Positions 25,078 through 35,095 of a DNA stretch of 64,000 nt are shown in pieces. The stretch covers positions 1 through 64,000 of IMG/VR virus record IMGVR_UViG_3300049601_000013. One strand, written 5' to 3'. This stretch comes from a virus. Under the pieces are notes generated by a model. The model saw only the letters and a program-made list of their open reading frames with translations, was not told where the DNA came from and did no database searches. Position numbers and translations under genes: made by a program. The first letter of the stretch is position 1, and every line of letters starts with the position of its first letter.

Positions 25078-28000
25078 CTAGCTGGATGAGACGGACTCCG
25101 TTGTGAACAACGGCGTGACGTCTTGGACGGATGATGTGGTGGACACCTCGGTGATTCGTACCTGCACCAGCTGAAGCTTACGTCCGCGCGACACCGAGCC
25201 GGACGGCACCTCCACGGCGGCGAACCAGCGGTCTCCCGCGTTGGTGCGCACACAGACGTACTCGAGCTCGTACCACGCCAGGTCGCGAAGTGAGCGGAAC
25301 GCGGTCTCCAAGATCGGCGCGGAGACCGCCGCATTCTGCACCAGCAGTGTACGCTCGAACTGCGCTCCGCCACGCTCCAGCGCGTGAAAGCCTACCTGGA
25401 AGTCACGGTCGTACATGCGCTGGAACTGCATCATACCGCTCCCCTCGAAGTACGTGAAGTCCTCCGACGGGTTGCCGTCCCAGACCTCCGCGTACGCCAG
25501 GGCACGCGCGCCCAACTGATCCTCGTTGCTGGTGAACGTCATGAGGTACGAGACGCCGGTGGACGCGGGCACGGTGGCCGAGATCGTGGTGGACCACGGT
25601 CCCGTGAAGCCGTGCACGTTGACCTGGCGCATGCGGTAGTCCGACTGGATGCCGATCCGCGCCTCCGTGTCATTGAACCCGGTCACGGTGGGTGACGTGG
25701 CTTGCAGGATCGTCTGCCAGTCGGTGACCTCATCCGACCGCTGAAGTTCATAGTAGCCGAACGCGCTCGTGGGCGGCGTCGTCGTGAACGTCGGAAAGCG
25801 GAACCGCACCGGCAACGCGTTGGTGTTGCCGGTGATCAGCTCCGAACGAAGGCCTACTTGACCGGCGACGATGGACGTGTCCGACACGGTCTGCGTCCAC
25901 GCGACGGGTTCATCGGTCAGCGTCGCGTCCCAGACTTTCATGCGCAACATTGAGCCTTGGCCCTGCACGCGCATGCTTACGATGCCGTCTGCGGTGCCGC
26001 CGAGGTTAAAGCTGTTCGGGTTGGAGACCGTCGTGGTCAGCTGCGTGAACACACCCGCGAGAACGCGCATAATGTCCACCTCAAACGCGTCGGCCTGCGT
26101 CCAGCGTACGCGGAAGTAGTAGTAGTTCGACGTGTTTACGAAGCGCCCAATGACCGCCATTTCGTAGGGCGCGGTCAGAGGCGCCAAGCCCGGCCACTGG
26201 AGCTCCGCGAACACCTCGAAGTCGCGCATCGTGGTGGGTCCGACGACGCTGTGGTGCCCGACATTCACCGCGGTATGCGTGTGAATTCCGTGACTCCCGG
26301 TCGCCGAGACCGAGTAGTCGCTCGCGGCGCCGCCGGTGGTCGTCCACGCCTGACCCGTGTTGGCGTTGCCCCACCCGCCGGACACATCTCGGTCGAATGT
26401 GTCCAGCACGGTGGTGCCAAAGTTAGGCGCGGTCCACGTGACACGGTTGTACGGAACGGTCTCGGGAATGCAGCGTGGTACGACGCTGCACTCCGTCCCG
26501 ATGCCCGTCACCGCGAACGTCGCGGGCGTGACGCCGATGCCGGTGACCGCGGGCGGGTCGGTGGAGAAGAGGAAGACCGCATCCGCGGTCGTCGCCTTGC
26601 CGAAGGCGATGCCGACGTCGAACGTGCTCGTCTCATAGTTGGCATCTTGCATGATCGTGCTTGACGCCGCGGCCATGATCTCATACGACGTCTCGGCCGT
26701 TGTGCTTGTGATGCCAAAGACGCTCCACACCCAGTTGCGCGTGAGTGTGGTTCCGTCCATGTTCGGCACGTTGGACGGCGACTCGAACCGGAGTGTCACC
26801 TCGCGCCAGCCGTCCACGATCTCCGGAAGCGCCATCAGCTCTTCGCCTGTGATTCGGACGAACGTGTTGTTCGCTCCGACCGCATCCGCGAACTGAATGC
26901 CGCCGTTCGGCTCACCGGATGCCAGGCGCGCGTAGAAGCGCACCTGCGGGTACGGCAGCGTCCCGTTGAGGTTGACCGACTGGAACTGCTGCGTCGCCGA
27001 CGCCAGAACGAATGCGAAGGCCTGCGTCTGGTACTGGTAGCCGTGGCAGCCGGAGTAGACGTCGGAGTCGCCGGTCACCGTGACGCCGACCGCGGGAATG
27101 ATGGCAGACTCACTAATGTCGAAGACGTCCGTTGGCGCGAGTATGCGGTCGATTTCCACACCCTGAATGGGTGGTTCCTGGTACAGCTCACGAATCGCGT
27201 TGAACGTCGGACGCGTGTTTGTGGCCGCCGCCGCGTTGATGCCGAAGATCGGCTGGTTCATGTCGCCGAGGTCAGCGAGGTGCGTCGTGACGGTGTACTC
27301 GCCCGACTGCACGCGTAGTCCCGTGCCGGTGGCCAGCGAGTTGGCCGTTCGCAAGATGACGAAGTTGTCACTGACGTTGTAGTAAGCGGGACCCGCGGTC
27401 GCCGCCTGGTCGAAGCCTAGGTGCTTACCGCCGTACGCGATGCGGTTCTCGAACGGCGCCCACGTGACCTCAAGTGCCGCGTACATGAGTGACGGGTAGT
27501 CATTCGCGTTCAACGTGTCGAGCTGCCAGTTGAAGCGGAAGCGGAAGTTGGGCGACGCCACCGACTCATCGAAGAGGCTAAGACGTGTGACCGTCCACGG
27601 GTATCGGTCGTTGGTCGCCTGGTAAGTCGCGTTACTCCAATTGGGGTTGATCTCCCCGAATGAGATGCGACCAAGTGAGGTGGTCATGTCGCCGCGCAGT
27701 GACGGTCCACCCTCGAGAACGCCGTTGCCGTAGAAGACGAAGACACCCTGGTGCGCAATGGACGTCTGCATGTAGTTCGGCAGCGTCGCCGCACGAACGC
27801 CGTTGCCGTCGGCGGCGTAGATGAGTGACACGTTGAAGATTCGCGACGTCGTGAACGACGCCAGCGCCGAGCCTGAGACGTCGAATGCCAGCTCCAGCGT
27901 GCCGCTGGCCGTGATGCTCGCGACGCCGGTGGAGAAGTTGAAGCCGGCGCCGTCCGACGCGTTCTGCAGGGACTGCGCGCCTGTGAGGCCGCCGAAGAAG

Positions 28001-28302
28001 TCGCCGTGCGTTCCGGTGTCTGTCGCACCGCTGCACGGGATGATCGTCTTAATGACGGGACCCGCCGGATACTCGCGGTTCTTAGGGCAGACCGCGACGA
28101 ACGGCACCTGTGATGTCGTCACGCCGGTAGGCGTCGAGTTGACGTGATAGATGCCACGGTTCAACACAAGAGGACCCGCGGTCTGGGTGGCGGTGAACGA
28201 GTAACCACGCTCGATCGTGATGTCCGGCTCGTAGTGTGCGTCGAGAATGGGAACCCACTCTTGACCTACGATGTCTGGCCGGTGGTAGTTGTAATCAGCC
28301 AC
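25078..28302 (-). CDS. large minor tail protein (tip/receptor-binding candidate with lectin/LamG-like module)
   Basis: 1074 aa, immediately downstream of the tape measure. An internal segment (GGWGNANTGQAWTT...YYYFRVRW...MRVQGQGSMLRMKVW) resembles concanavalin/LamG-type modules of actinophage tail proteins. Confidence 0.6.
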   Translation of the reverse strand: MADYNYHRPDIVGQEWVPILDAHYEPDITIERGYSFTATQTAGPLVLNRGIYHVNSTPTGVTTSQVPFVAVCPKNREYPAGPVIKTIIPCSGATDTGTHGDFFGGLTGAQSLQNASDGAGFNFSTGVASITASGTLELAFDVSGSALASFTTSRIFNVSLIYAADGNGVRAATLPNYMQTSIAHQGVFVFYGNGVLEGGPSLRGDMTTSLGRISFGEINPNWSNATYQATNDRYPWTVTRLSLFDESVASPNFRFRFNWQLDTLNANDYPSLMYAALEVTWAPFENRIAYGGKHLGFDQAATAGPAYYNVSDNFVILRTANSLATGTGLRVQSGEYTVTTHLADLGDMNQPIFGINAAAATNTRPTFNAIRELYQEPPIQGVEIDRILAPTDVFDISESAIIPAVGVTVTGDSDVYSGCHGYQYQTQAFAFVLASATQQFQSVNLNGTLPYPQVRFYARLASGEPNGGIQFADAVGANNTFVRITGEELMALPEIVDGWREVTLRFESPSNVPNMDGTTLTRNWVWSVFGITSTTAETSYEIMAAASSTIMQDANYETSTFDVGIAFGKATTADAVFLFSTDPPAVTGIGVTPATFAVTGIGTECSVVPRCIPETVPYNRVTWTAPNFGTTVLDTFDRDVSGGWGNANTGQAWTTTGGAASDYSVSATGSHGIHTHTAVNVGHHSVVGPTTMRDFEVFAELQWPGLAPLTAPYEMAVIGRFVNTSNYYYFRVRWTQADAFEVDIMRVLAGVFTQLTTTVSNPNSFNLGGTADGIVSMRVQGQGSMLRMKVWDATLTDEPVAWTQTVSDTSIVAGQVGLRSELITGNTNALPVRFRFPTFTTTPPTSAFGYYELQRSDEVTDWQTILQATSPTVTGFNDTEARIGIQSDYRMRQVNVHGFTGPWSTTISATVPASTGVSYLMTFTSNEDQLGARALAYAEVWDGNPSEDFTYFEGSGMMQFQRMYDRDFQVGFHALERGGAQFERTLLVQNAAVSAPILETAFRSLRDLAWYELEYVCVRTNAGDRWFAAVEVPSGSVSRGRKLQLVQVRITEVSTTSSVQDVTPLFTTESVSSS

Positions 28303-31300
28303 TAGAGCACCCTCACCGCAAGCCGAGCATCACGCTCGGCGATGACATCCAAGATTCCACGACCGACGGCCTGGCCGGTCTTCAGCGCGTCCGCCTCCGA
28401 CGGCACGACCCCCTCGAAACTTACCACAACGGCGCCCTCGCCGAAGGTCACCGTCAGCGTCGTCCCCGAGCTGCCCGCCATGACGCCAGATGGCACGAGG
28501 GGCGCCGCGCCGAGCAGGCTCGATATGTTGGGCGTAGGTCCGGTGAGGGATGCCTCAAACGGTCGTTTTGTGGCGTTGAGCAGCGCCTGCGTCGCGTCGA
28601 CCGCGACGGACTGCTCGGCCTCCAGTCCCTCGGCGAATCCCTGCACGACCCACTTGCCGCGCTGCGTCATCCAGCGTGACGGCGAGCCGGTGATCCAGCC
28701 AGTGACGCCGTCCCACAGCTCCTTTGCCTTGTTGACGATCTCTTGCAGCTTGTTGTAGAGATCTTGCGCCGTGGCCGTGAGACCGTTGATGAATCCCTGG
28801 ATGACGTTCTTTCCGGAGTCGTAGAGCCATGTAACGGCGTCGAGAAAGATCAGTCCCACCGCGCCCGGCAGCGCGCTCAAAGAGCTAAGGATCTCCAGCA
28901 TCTTATCACCGACGGTGGTGACCATCTCGGCGAACTTGGTGCTGAAGATGCCGGCGACGTTGGTGAGCGCGTTCCACACCGCGTTCCAGATGTCCAGGCC
29001 CCAGTCCTTCAGGTTCTGAAGAATCGTGGCGATCGTACGCGACACCAGTCCCGAGATCTCACTCCAGACCTCGCCGATCATGCGCTTGAAAGTCTGCCAC
29101 GCCTCCGTGAAGTCTCCCTGAAGAAGAGAGATGATTGTGTCAAAGATGCCCTTGAGAATCGTCCACGCCACCTGCACGGCCGTCACAATGACGTCCCACG
29201 CGATCTTAAACGTCAAGGCGAGTGCATCGATCGCAATGGCGAGTAGTGTAAGCGTGATGGCGCGGAACTCAGTAAGAGTCACCATGATAAGCAAGATGGG
29301 CGGAAGCAAGACCTGGATGATCACCGTGGCGACGTCCGCCAGCAGCACGATGATCGGCGTCAGGGCGAGTGCGATCTGTACGAGAGGCGGCAGCAGGTCG
29401 ACCAGCGAGGGAAGCAGCTTAATGAACGCGTCGATCAAGATGGGCAGCACCGGCAGGATCGCCTGGATCACTGGCAGCAGCGCGTCGCGTAGCACCTGCA
29501 CGGCGAGCTGGCTCAGCACCGGCAGCACCGGAAGCACGGCCTGCAGCAGCTGGTTGAACGCCGGAATGAGCACGCTCAAGATCTCGGTGCCGATCTGAAT
29601 GAGCGGCGGAACGATCGGCAAGATGGCCTGCACGAGCCCGACGAACAGCTGTGCCATGCCAACCAGCAGGTCGCCGGCGAGCTCGGCGAGCTGCGGAAGC
29701 ACCGGCTTAAGCGCCTCAAAGATCTTCTTAAAGCCGTCGACGATGATGGGCAGAGACGGCGCCAGTGCGGCGAAGAGTTCTCTTGCGATGTCCGCGATGA
29801 TCGGCAGAAGTGGCGCCAGCGCGTCCACCACGATCGGAATGATCTCTGCCAAGATCTCAAAGCCCTTGGAGATCAGGTCAATGATCACCGGCACCAGGGG
29901 CTCGATCGCGGTGATCAGGTGCTCGAAGTGGCTGCTCACCATGGTGAGCACCTTCGTCGCCAGGTCCGTGAGCATCGGAAGAAACGGCTCGAGAACCTGG
30001 AAGACCGTCGTAAGCACGGTGGCGAAGAGCTGTAGGACGTTGACCGCCAGGTCCAAGATCACCGGCAGCAGCGGGGTAACGGCGTCCATAAGCGCCATCA
30101 GGGCGAGGGTGAACGTCTCCAAGCCCGAGGCGATGATCGCCTGGATCTCCGGCAGAAGAGGCTGCAGTGCGGTAAGAAACGAGTTGAGTAGTCCGGCCAC
30201 GAGGCTGAGGGTGACGGCGAAGTGCTCCGCCAGCATGCCGACGATCTCACCCAGCACGGGTAGCAGCGGCGCGACGGCGTTCATGATGTCGCCAAAGCTG
30301 GTGGCGAGCGTGCCGATCGCCGACGACACACCGCCCGCGGCCTCCTGCGCGAAGAAGCCCAGGCCCTCGATCAGCGCGTCGAGTCCCGGCTTCATCTCCT
30401 GCAGCGCGCCCACGAGCGCCTCACTGAAGGCCAAGACCAGCTCGCCGACCACGGGAAGTAGCGCCCCGACCGCGTCACCGAGAATCGCCGCCGCGGTCGC
30501 ACCGGCGTTCATCAGGGCGGTGAGGCTTTCGATGCCCGCGTCGGAGTTGAGGAACGTCGCGAACTGCTCGGTAAGCCGCTCGATCACACCGAGGAAGCTG
30601 GCACCCGCCTCCTGTGCCGCGAACCAGAAGGCGCCAAAGATGTCGGCGGTGTTCATGACGATGCGGCCGAGCTGCGCGAACGCGTCCAGCGCGGTCTGAA
30701 GTCGCGCCTGCAGCTCACCGGTCTGCGCGGCGGTGTTGACCCACGTGGCAAACTGCTCGATCAACACGCCCACGCCGGCGATCATGTCTCCGGCGAAGCC
30801 CGATCCTACCTGAAAGAGGTTGCCCAGCGCGTCGGCGACCTCGCCCATGACGCCTCGCCAGCGCTGCAGGCCGCTTACCGTCTGGTCGACGAGCGCGCGC
30901 AAGCCGGTGAAGAACGTTCCTCGACTTGCGACGGTGAGAAACTCATTGCCGATCGTACCCAGCTCGGTGGAGATTCGCGGCAGCGCGTTCTCGGCCAGGC
31001 CTACCGCCTGGGTCGAGAAGGCGCCGAAGCTTTGAATCATTGGAGCGAAGAAGTTCTGCTGCGTCGCATCCTTCAGCTCATTGATGCGTGGACGCAGCTT
31101 AACGATGCTTTGCACCGCCTGCTGGGCCGCCGGCGTAAGCTCGGCCATGGCCGCGACGAGCGCGTCGGCGTCACCACTCACGGCCGCACTCATGGCCTCG
31201 CCGACGCCGTCCATCGCGACCTTGAAGGTACCCATGACCAGCGCGGCGGATCCTACGACCGCGGGAAGACCGATGAGAACGCCGGATAGCTCACTCGCCG

Positions 31301-31667
31301 CGCCCAGCACGGCGCCGAGTGTGAAGGCGACGTTGCCGAGGGCAAGCCCGAGCGCGCCGATGCCCGCTCCCGCCTTCGTGGCCGTGGAACCGACCGACAG
31401 CAGTCCACCAACCACACTCTTTGAGACGCTCACCGTCACATTGAGTCGGTCGTTGACGCCGGCGGTCATCGCCTCGAGCGCCAGCCGGGCACGCGTCGCG
31501 CCGGCGGTGATCTGGTTCGCGATGGAGTCGCCCATCGCGTCGGCGGCGTCACTCACCGCCTCACGGGCGCGCTGGAGCCCCGCCTGCAGCTGCTGGTTGA
31601 ACGCGGCGGTGGACGGCGTGATCGCCACGGACGCGACGCCGACGATCGGCCCGGTGGGTGTGGTCAC
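28302..31667 (-). CDS. tape measure protein
   Basis: 1121 aa, strongly helical with long Leu/Pro/Ile/Val periodic repeats. It lies downstream of the frameshifted chaperone pair. Confidence 0.85.
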   Translation of the reverse strand: MTTPTGPIVGVASVAITPSTAAFNQQLQAGLQRAREAVSDAADAMGDSIANQITAGATRARLALEAMTAGVNDRLNVTVSVSKSVVGGLLSVGSTATKAGAGIGALGLALGNVAFTLGAVLGAASELSGVLIGLPAVVGSAALVMGTFKVAMDGVGEAMSAAVSGDADALVAAMAELTPAAQQAVQSIVKLRPRINELKDATQQNFFAPMIQSFGAFSTQAVGLAENALPRISTELGTIGNEFLTVASRGTFFTGLRALVDQTVSGLQRWRGVMGEVADALGNLFQVGSGFAGDMIAGVGVLIEQFATWVNTAAQTGELQARLQTALDAFAQLGRIVMNTADIFGAFWFAAQEAGASFLGVIERLTEQFATFLNSDAGIESLTALMNAGATAAAILGDAVGALLPVVGELVLAFSEALVGALQEMKPGLDALIEGLGFFAQEAAGGVSSAIGTLATSFGDIMNAVAPLLPVLGEIVGMLAEHFAVTLSLVAGLLNSFLTALQPLLPEIQAIIASGLETFTLALMALMDAVTPLLPVILDLAVNVLQLFATVLTTVFQVLEPFLPMLTDLATKVLTMVSSHFEHLITAIEPLVPVIIDLISKGFEILAEIIPIVVDALAPLLPIIADIARELFAALAPSLPIIVDGFKKIFEALKPVLPQLAELAGDLLVGMAQLFVGLVQAILPIVPPLIQIGTEILSVLIPAFNQLLQAVLPVLPVLSQLAVQVLRDALLPVIQAILPVLPILIDAFIKLLPSLVDLLPPLVQIALALTPIIVLLADVATVIIQVLLPPILLIMVTLTEFRAITLTLLAIAIDALALTFKIAWDVIVTAVQVAWTILKGIFDTIISLLQGDFTEAWQTFKRMIGEVWSEISGLVSRTIATILQNLKDWGLDIWNAVWNALTNVAGIFSTKFAEMVTTVGDKMLEILSSLSALPGAVGLIFLDAVTWLYDSGKNVIQGFINGLTATAQDLYNKLQEIVNKAKELWDGVTGWITGSPSRWMTQRGKWVVQGFAEGLEAEQSVAVDATQALLNATKRPFEASLTGPTPNISSLLGAAPLVPSGVMAGSSGTTLTVTFGEGAVVVSFEGVVPSEADALKTGQAVGRGILDVIAERDARLAVRVL
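29200..30300 (-). repeat. periodic Leu/Pro/Ile/Val helical repeats within the tape measure
   Basis: Recurrent units of the form xLLPVLxxLxxxxL (LPVLPVLSQL, LPVLPILIDAF, LLPVILDLAVNVL, LLPEIQAIIASGL and others). Boundaries are approximate. Confidence 0.45.
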
Positions 31668-31676
31668 GCCGTCCTC

Positions 31677-32033
31677 CTACTTCCTTCTCAACGCCGTCAT
31701 CGCCGCCATGTTGGCGGTGGTGGCATCCTCATCGCCGTGCCACCACGTCGGAGCCCAGTCCACGATCTTTGGCTCATCCGCGTTCTCACGTAGTCGCGTA
31801 GGCCCGGTGAGCTCTCGAACCAGCCGGGCGCGCTTCTTTTCGTCGATCTCGTAGGAGCTGAGTAGAAAGTGCTGTACGAGGTCGAGAAAGGTCGGCGGGT
31901 CCAGCTCCAGCGGCTCTACTCGACGGCTGGCGCACCAGCCGTTGAAAGCGTGCCAGACGTCACGCTGAGCGCACCATTGGAAGAGTCCGATGACGGCTGA
32001 GTAGGGCGCAGCCCATACTCCTCGAGCAGCCAC
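31677..32033 (-). CDS. tail assembly chaperone, -1 frameshift extension (T-like part)
   Basis: Its frame is -1 relative to 31916..32320 and overlaps that gene's last ~118 nt. It has no plausible independent RBS. The G/T arrangement upstream of a tape measure is classic. Confidence 0.55.
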   Translation of the reverse strand: MAARGVWAAPYSAVIGLFQWCAQRDVWHAFNGWCASRRVEPLELDPPTFLDLVQHFLLSSYEIDEKKRARLVRELTGPTRLRENADEPKIVDWAPTWWHGDEDATTANMAAMTALRRK

Positions 32034-32320
32034 AGCATGATGTCCACCAGCTGCTCGACGTCGATGGGCTCTTCCTTGCTGGTGACGCGCTGCCGAAAGC
32101 GCTTCGCCGAGGTCTCGGTCAAGACCGCGTCGAAGACCTCGGTGATCCGCTGGAAAAGCTTGGCGTTGTCCGTCTCGACCTTGATCGCGTTGGCGACCTC
32201 GGCGAGCTCTTGCATGGAGGGGACGGGCAAGATCGACGGCGCGGTGAAGATGTCGTCGTCGATCTGGAACTCGACCGGCTCCCTCTTCTTGGAGAAGTCT
32301 TTGAAGCGTGTGCTGGTCAT
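31916..32320 (-). CDS. tail assembly chaperone (G-like)
   Basis: ATG 32320 follows GGGAGGTTCG. The 134-aa acidic protein sits directly upstream of the tape measure. Confidence 0.65.
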   Translation of the reverse strand: MTSTRFKDFSKKREPVEFQIDDDIFTAPSILPVPSMQELAEVANAIKVETDNAKLFQRITEVFDAVLTETSAKRFRQRVTSKEEPIDVEQLVDIMLWLLEEYGLRPTQPSSDSSNGALSVTSGTLSTAGAPAVE

Positions 32321-32380
32321 CGAACCTCCCAGTGTGGTGACCAGGTCTATCGTACTAGTCACCACTCTGTGGCTGTGCAG

Positions 32381-32788
32381 TTACAGCGCGGCGGCCGGAA
32401 GTGCACGCTTCAGGAAGAACGTGGGCATGGAGCCACGCACCGACTTGGCGTAGACGAACTCCGTGGAACCCTTGGGCCGGAAGCGCAGCGCCTGCGCGTT
32501 GAGCGGCACGATGGGTGTGCCGTTCGGCCCGTAGATGCCGGTGCCCTCGTGCTGGAACATCGCGTACTCGACGTTCGTGCCGATGACGACCGCGATGCTT
32601 CCGCCGTACTTCACCAGCTTCGCCTCGATGCTGGCGCGCAGCCGTCCGGTGTTGACGGGCGCGTACTTCTTCGCGAGGGTGGCGACGTTGTTGCCTCGTC
32701 GCAGCAGGTCGCGTGCCACGCCACCGGAGGGGTCCACGAGCAACGCGCGCACCGCGGCCCGGTTGATCTGAAGATTCACTTGGGCCAC
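32381..32788 (-). CDS. HK97 gp10-like head-tail joining / tail terminator family protein
   Basis: NTGRLRASIEAKL...VVIGTNVEYAMFQHEGTG matches the gp10-family signature. GTG 32788 follows GAGGAGAACGTC. Confidence 0.65.
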   Translation of the reverse strand: MAQVNLQINRAAVRALLVDPSGGVARDLLRRGNNVATLAKKYAPVNTGRLRASIEAKLVKYGGSIAVVIGTNVEYAMFQHEGTGIYGPNGTPIVPLNAQALRFRPKGSTEFVYAKSVRGSMPTFFLKRALPAAAL

Positions 32789-32798
32789 GACGTTCTCC

Positions 32799-33326
32799 TC
32801 AGCAGCACGGACCAATGTAGCCGAGTTGAATCGACAGTGTCGACCCGGCGCATCGCCCCTGGGGTCCCTCGAAGGACTGAGCGGACATGTTGTACTCGGC
32901 CACCATGCCTTGCGCGCGCATTTCCAGCAGGCAGCAGAGGGTTCCCTGCCAGACGGCGAAGGCGTCCTCATACATGACCTGCGCGGCGTTGCCAAGCTGC
33001 TCGCACGACGGCGCGCGAGTGCCTCCCTGCGTGCCGGGAACGCAGCGAAGCATGGTGATGTCCAGCGTGGCGACCATCCAGGGCAGGCCGCACTGCGCGA
33101 GGCTGACCCCGGACACGCCCTCATTGGGAAACGTCTCTGAGCCGAAGATCCGCGACGTCGTCAGCGCGAGCATGCCACACTCACACTCGTCCCAGGCGAC
33201 GGCTCCGGGGTAGATGCAGACGCGTCCGGGAACGCCCGCGGTGGTGTCTGCCAGGCGATCCGTGATGCACATCGCGATGCCTGTGACGTTGACGTAGTGC
33301 CCCAGGGGCGTGTATGCGGTGGGCAT
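32799..33326 (-). CDS. Cys-rich head-tail connector-like protein
   Basis: GRVCIYPGAVAWDECECGMLAL...RCVP pattern seen in actinophage connector proteins. The ATG forms a TAATG overlap with the upstream gene. Confidence 0.45.
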   Translation of the reverse strand: MPTAYTPLGHYVNVTGIAMCITDRLADTTAGVPGRVCIYPGAVAWDECECGMLALTTSRIFGSETFPNEGVSGVSLAQCGLPWMVATLDITMLRCVPGTQGGTRAPSCEQLGNAAQVMYEDAFAVWQGTLCCLLEMRAQGMVAEYNMSAQSFEGPQGRCAGSTLSIQLGYIGPCC

Positions 33327-35080
33327 TAGATGGTGTCCACTCGTCGCCACGGACTTGGGTTTCGGTCGACGTCATACACCTTGCCGCGTCGCTTTAGGCC
33401 GTTGGGGTTGTAAGTGTTCACGAAGAGACTCACCCAGCGGAGACCCATCTGGCCGATGGCCGGGTCGACCTCGTTGGGTGAGCCGAACGACAGGTTGACT
33501 CCCTGCCGCGAGATCGACGTCACCTCGTAGGGCGACAGTGAGCAGTCCTCACCGGCGCAGTCCCTCGCGAGCTCCGCCGCCAGCTGTCCCATCGCGCGAC
33601 GGCCTAGCGTGGGAACGTCCTCGCCGACGGTGAGGGTCACCGACCACGTGCCCGGCTGATCGTCCGCCGCGGCCATGTCTTGGCACATCGGCCACAGCTG
33701 GCCGTCCGTGCGGACGAGCTTCCGGTTCTCATCGACGCGGTACGTCGTCGGGTCCATGACGACGCCGTCGAGCATGACGCGCACGACCTCGCGCGTGGGC
33801 GCCGGAAGAAGTGCGGTGTCGATCATCGTGCACGAGCACGAGCCGGGGCAAGAGCCGCAGACGTTGTACCACATGCCGTTCCACCACCACGGCCTCGGGC
33901 CACCACCCGACACGCCGCGCGTTCCGCCCACCCCGGGCCACCACTGGTCCCAGCCGTTGTACCCGTCCCAGCACTCCTGGCGACACGGTCGAATGGTTAC
34001 TTCACAGAGTCCGAAGCGCTGCCCCGTCGCGATCCAGAGGATCTCCGCCGCCATCTGGACCGCGTCACCGGTAACGGCCGCCGCTCCGGCGGACAACGTC
34101 TCGCACCAGATGGGCTCCCAGTCGTCCAGCGGGGAGCACGGACCCGTTGAGTTGAAGGGGTTGCCCACGCCTGCGCTCCTCACTGTAACCAGGGATGCGC
34201 CGTTCAGCTCCTCCGCGGTCGCGATGTCAACGACTTGATTGACGACCGCGTCGAGCGCTCCGGCAACATCCGTCTCATCGGCGGTGTCGACGTTGACGAC
34301 GAGAGGTTCGAGGTCAAGTGTGATGCTTTCGGCGGCGTCCGTTTCGTCGGCCGTACCAACGGCTAGCGTAGCAGTTGCCTGCGGCGTGATCGCAAATGCG
34401 GCGTCAGTCTCATCCGCGGTGCTCACCGGAAGCGCGTTCAGCGCCTGCGGCGTGATCACGAACGCCTCATCTACCTCACTCGCGCCGGTGATCGCGAGCG
34501 TGAGAGTGGCCAGTACGGAGATCGCGAACGCGGAGGAGGTGGAGTCCGCGGTGTCGATCGGCACGCCACTGGCCGCGGCCGACGCCGTGAAGAGCACGTC
34601 AGCGAAGTAGTTCGACTGGCGAAACTCATTGGTGGGGTACGTCGGGGTGGCGTTCTGGATGAACTTGCCGTTGTGCGGGCTGCCGCCGGGGTTGTCTTGA
34701 ACGGCGGTGAGGTTGCCGTTGACGATCGGCGCGCTGGTGAAGACGAAGTTGGTGAAGGCGTAGTGGTCAGGTGTGAAGATGCACGTCACGTACCGCTGGC
34801 CCGGAACGACCGCGACCGGGACCGCGTAGTTGACGGTGTTCCACGCGGCGGGAGTGATTACTCCGAAGTTCGTCTGCGCGAGAAGCGTGCCGGTGGCGTC
34901 ATTCGTCCACTGGTAGAGAAGCGCCTGCACCGTACCGGTGGGTGCCACGGTGGACGCGAACCAGCGGCAGCCGTCAATCGTTCCGTTGACGGCGACCGTG
35001 AAGACGGTCCCCAGCGTCGACGCGCCGTCGTTGGCGTCCGGCGTCGCAGGAGTCTGCGACGTGAAGATGCTTTCGGCCAC
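33326..35080 (-). CDS. fusion: DUF4082-like N-terminal domain, tandem acidic repeats, head-to-tail adaptor C-terminal domain
   Basis: N-terminus GTVFTVAVNGTIDGCRWFAS...QRYVTCIFTP is DUF4082-like. The middle has about 5 TADETDAAFAITPQA-type repeats. The C-terminus GQRFGLCEVTIRPCRQEC...CGSCPGSCSC...RTDGQLWPMCQD...SRQGV matches the actinophage adaptor signature. Confidence 0.6.
   Translation of the reverse strand: MAESIFTSQTPATPDANDGASTLGTVFTVAVNGTIDGCRWFASTVAPTGTVQALLYQWTNDATGTLLAQTNFGVITPAAWNTVNYAVPVAVVPGQRYVTCIFTPDHYAFTNFVFTSAPIVNGNLTAVQDNPGGSPHNGKFIQNATPTYPTNEFRQSNYFADVLFTASAAASGVPIDTADSTSSAFAISVLATLTLAITGASEVDEAFVITPQALNALPVSTADETDAAFAITPQATATLAVGTADETDAAESITLDLEPLVVNVDTADETDVAGALDAVVNQVVDIATAEELNGASLVTVRSAGVGNPFNSTGPCSPLDDWEPIWCETLSAGAAAVTGDAVQMAAEILWIATGQRFGLCEVTIRPCRQECWDGYNGWDQWWPGVGGTRGVSGGGPRPWWWNGMWYNVCGSCPGSCSCTMIDTALLPAPTREVVRVMLDGVVMDPTTYRVDENRKLVRTDGQLWPMCQDMAAADDQPGTWSVTLTVGEDVPTLGRRAMGQLAAELARDCAGEDCSLSPYEVTSISRQGVNLSFGSPNEVDPAIGQMGLRWVSLFVNTYNPNGLKRRGKVYDVDRNPSPWRRVDTI
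34205..34564 (-). repeat. in-frame tandem repeats (~20 aa, about 5 copies) inside the DUF4082-adaptor gene
   Basis: DTADSTSSAFAISVLATLTLAI / GASEVDEAFVITPQALNALPV / STADETDAAFAITPQATATLAV / GTADETDAAESITLDLEPL / DTADETDVAGALDAV. Confidence 0.6.
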
Positions 35081-35095
35081 GCGTCCTCCTCTCGC

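Noticed and set aside
28302-31667. Highly repetitive DNA, possibly a CRISPR array or mobile repeats
   Set aside because: The repeats are in-frame and imperfect, and they encode the periodic helical Leu/Pro motif of a tape measure protein. There is no repeat-spacer architecture anywhere in the window.
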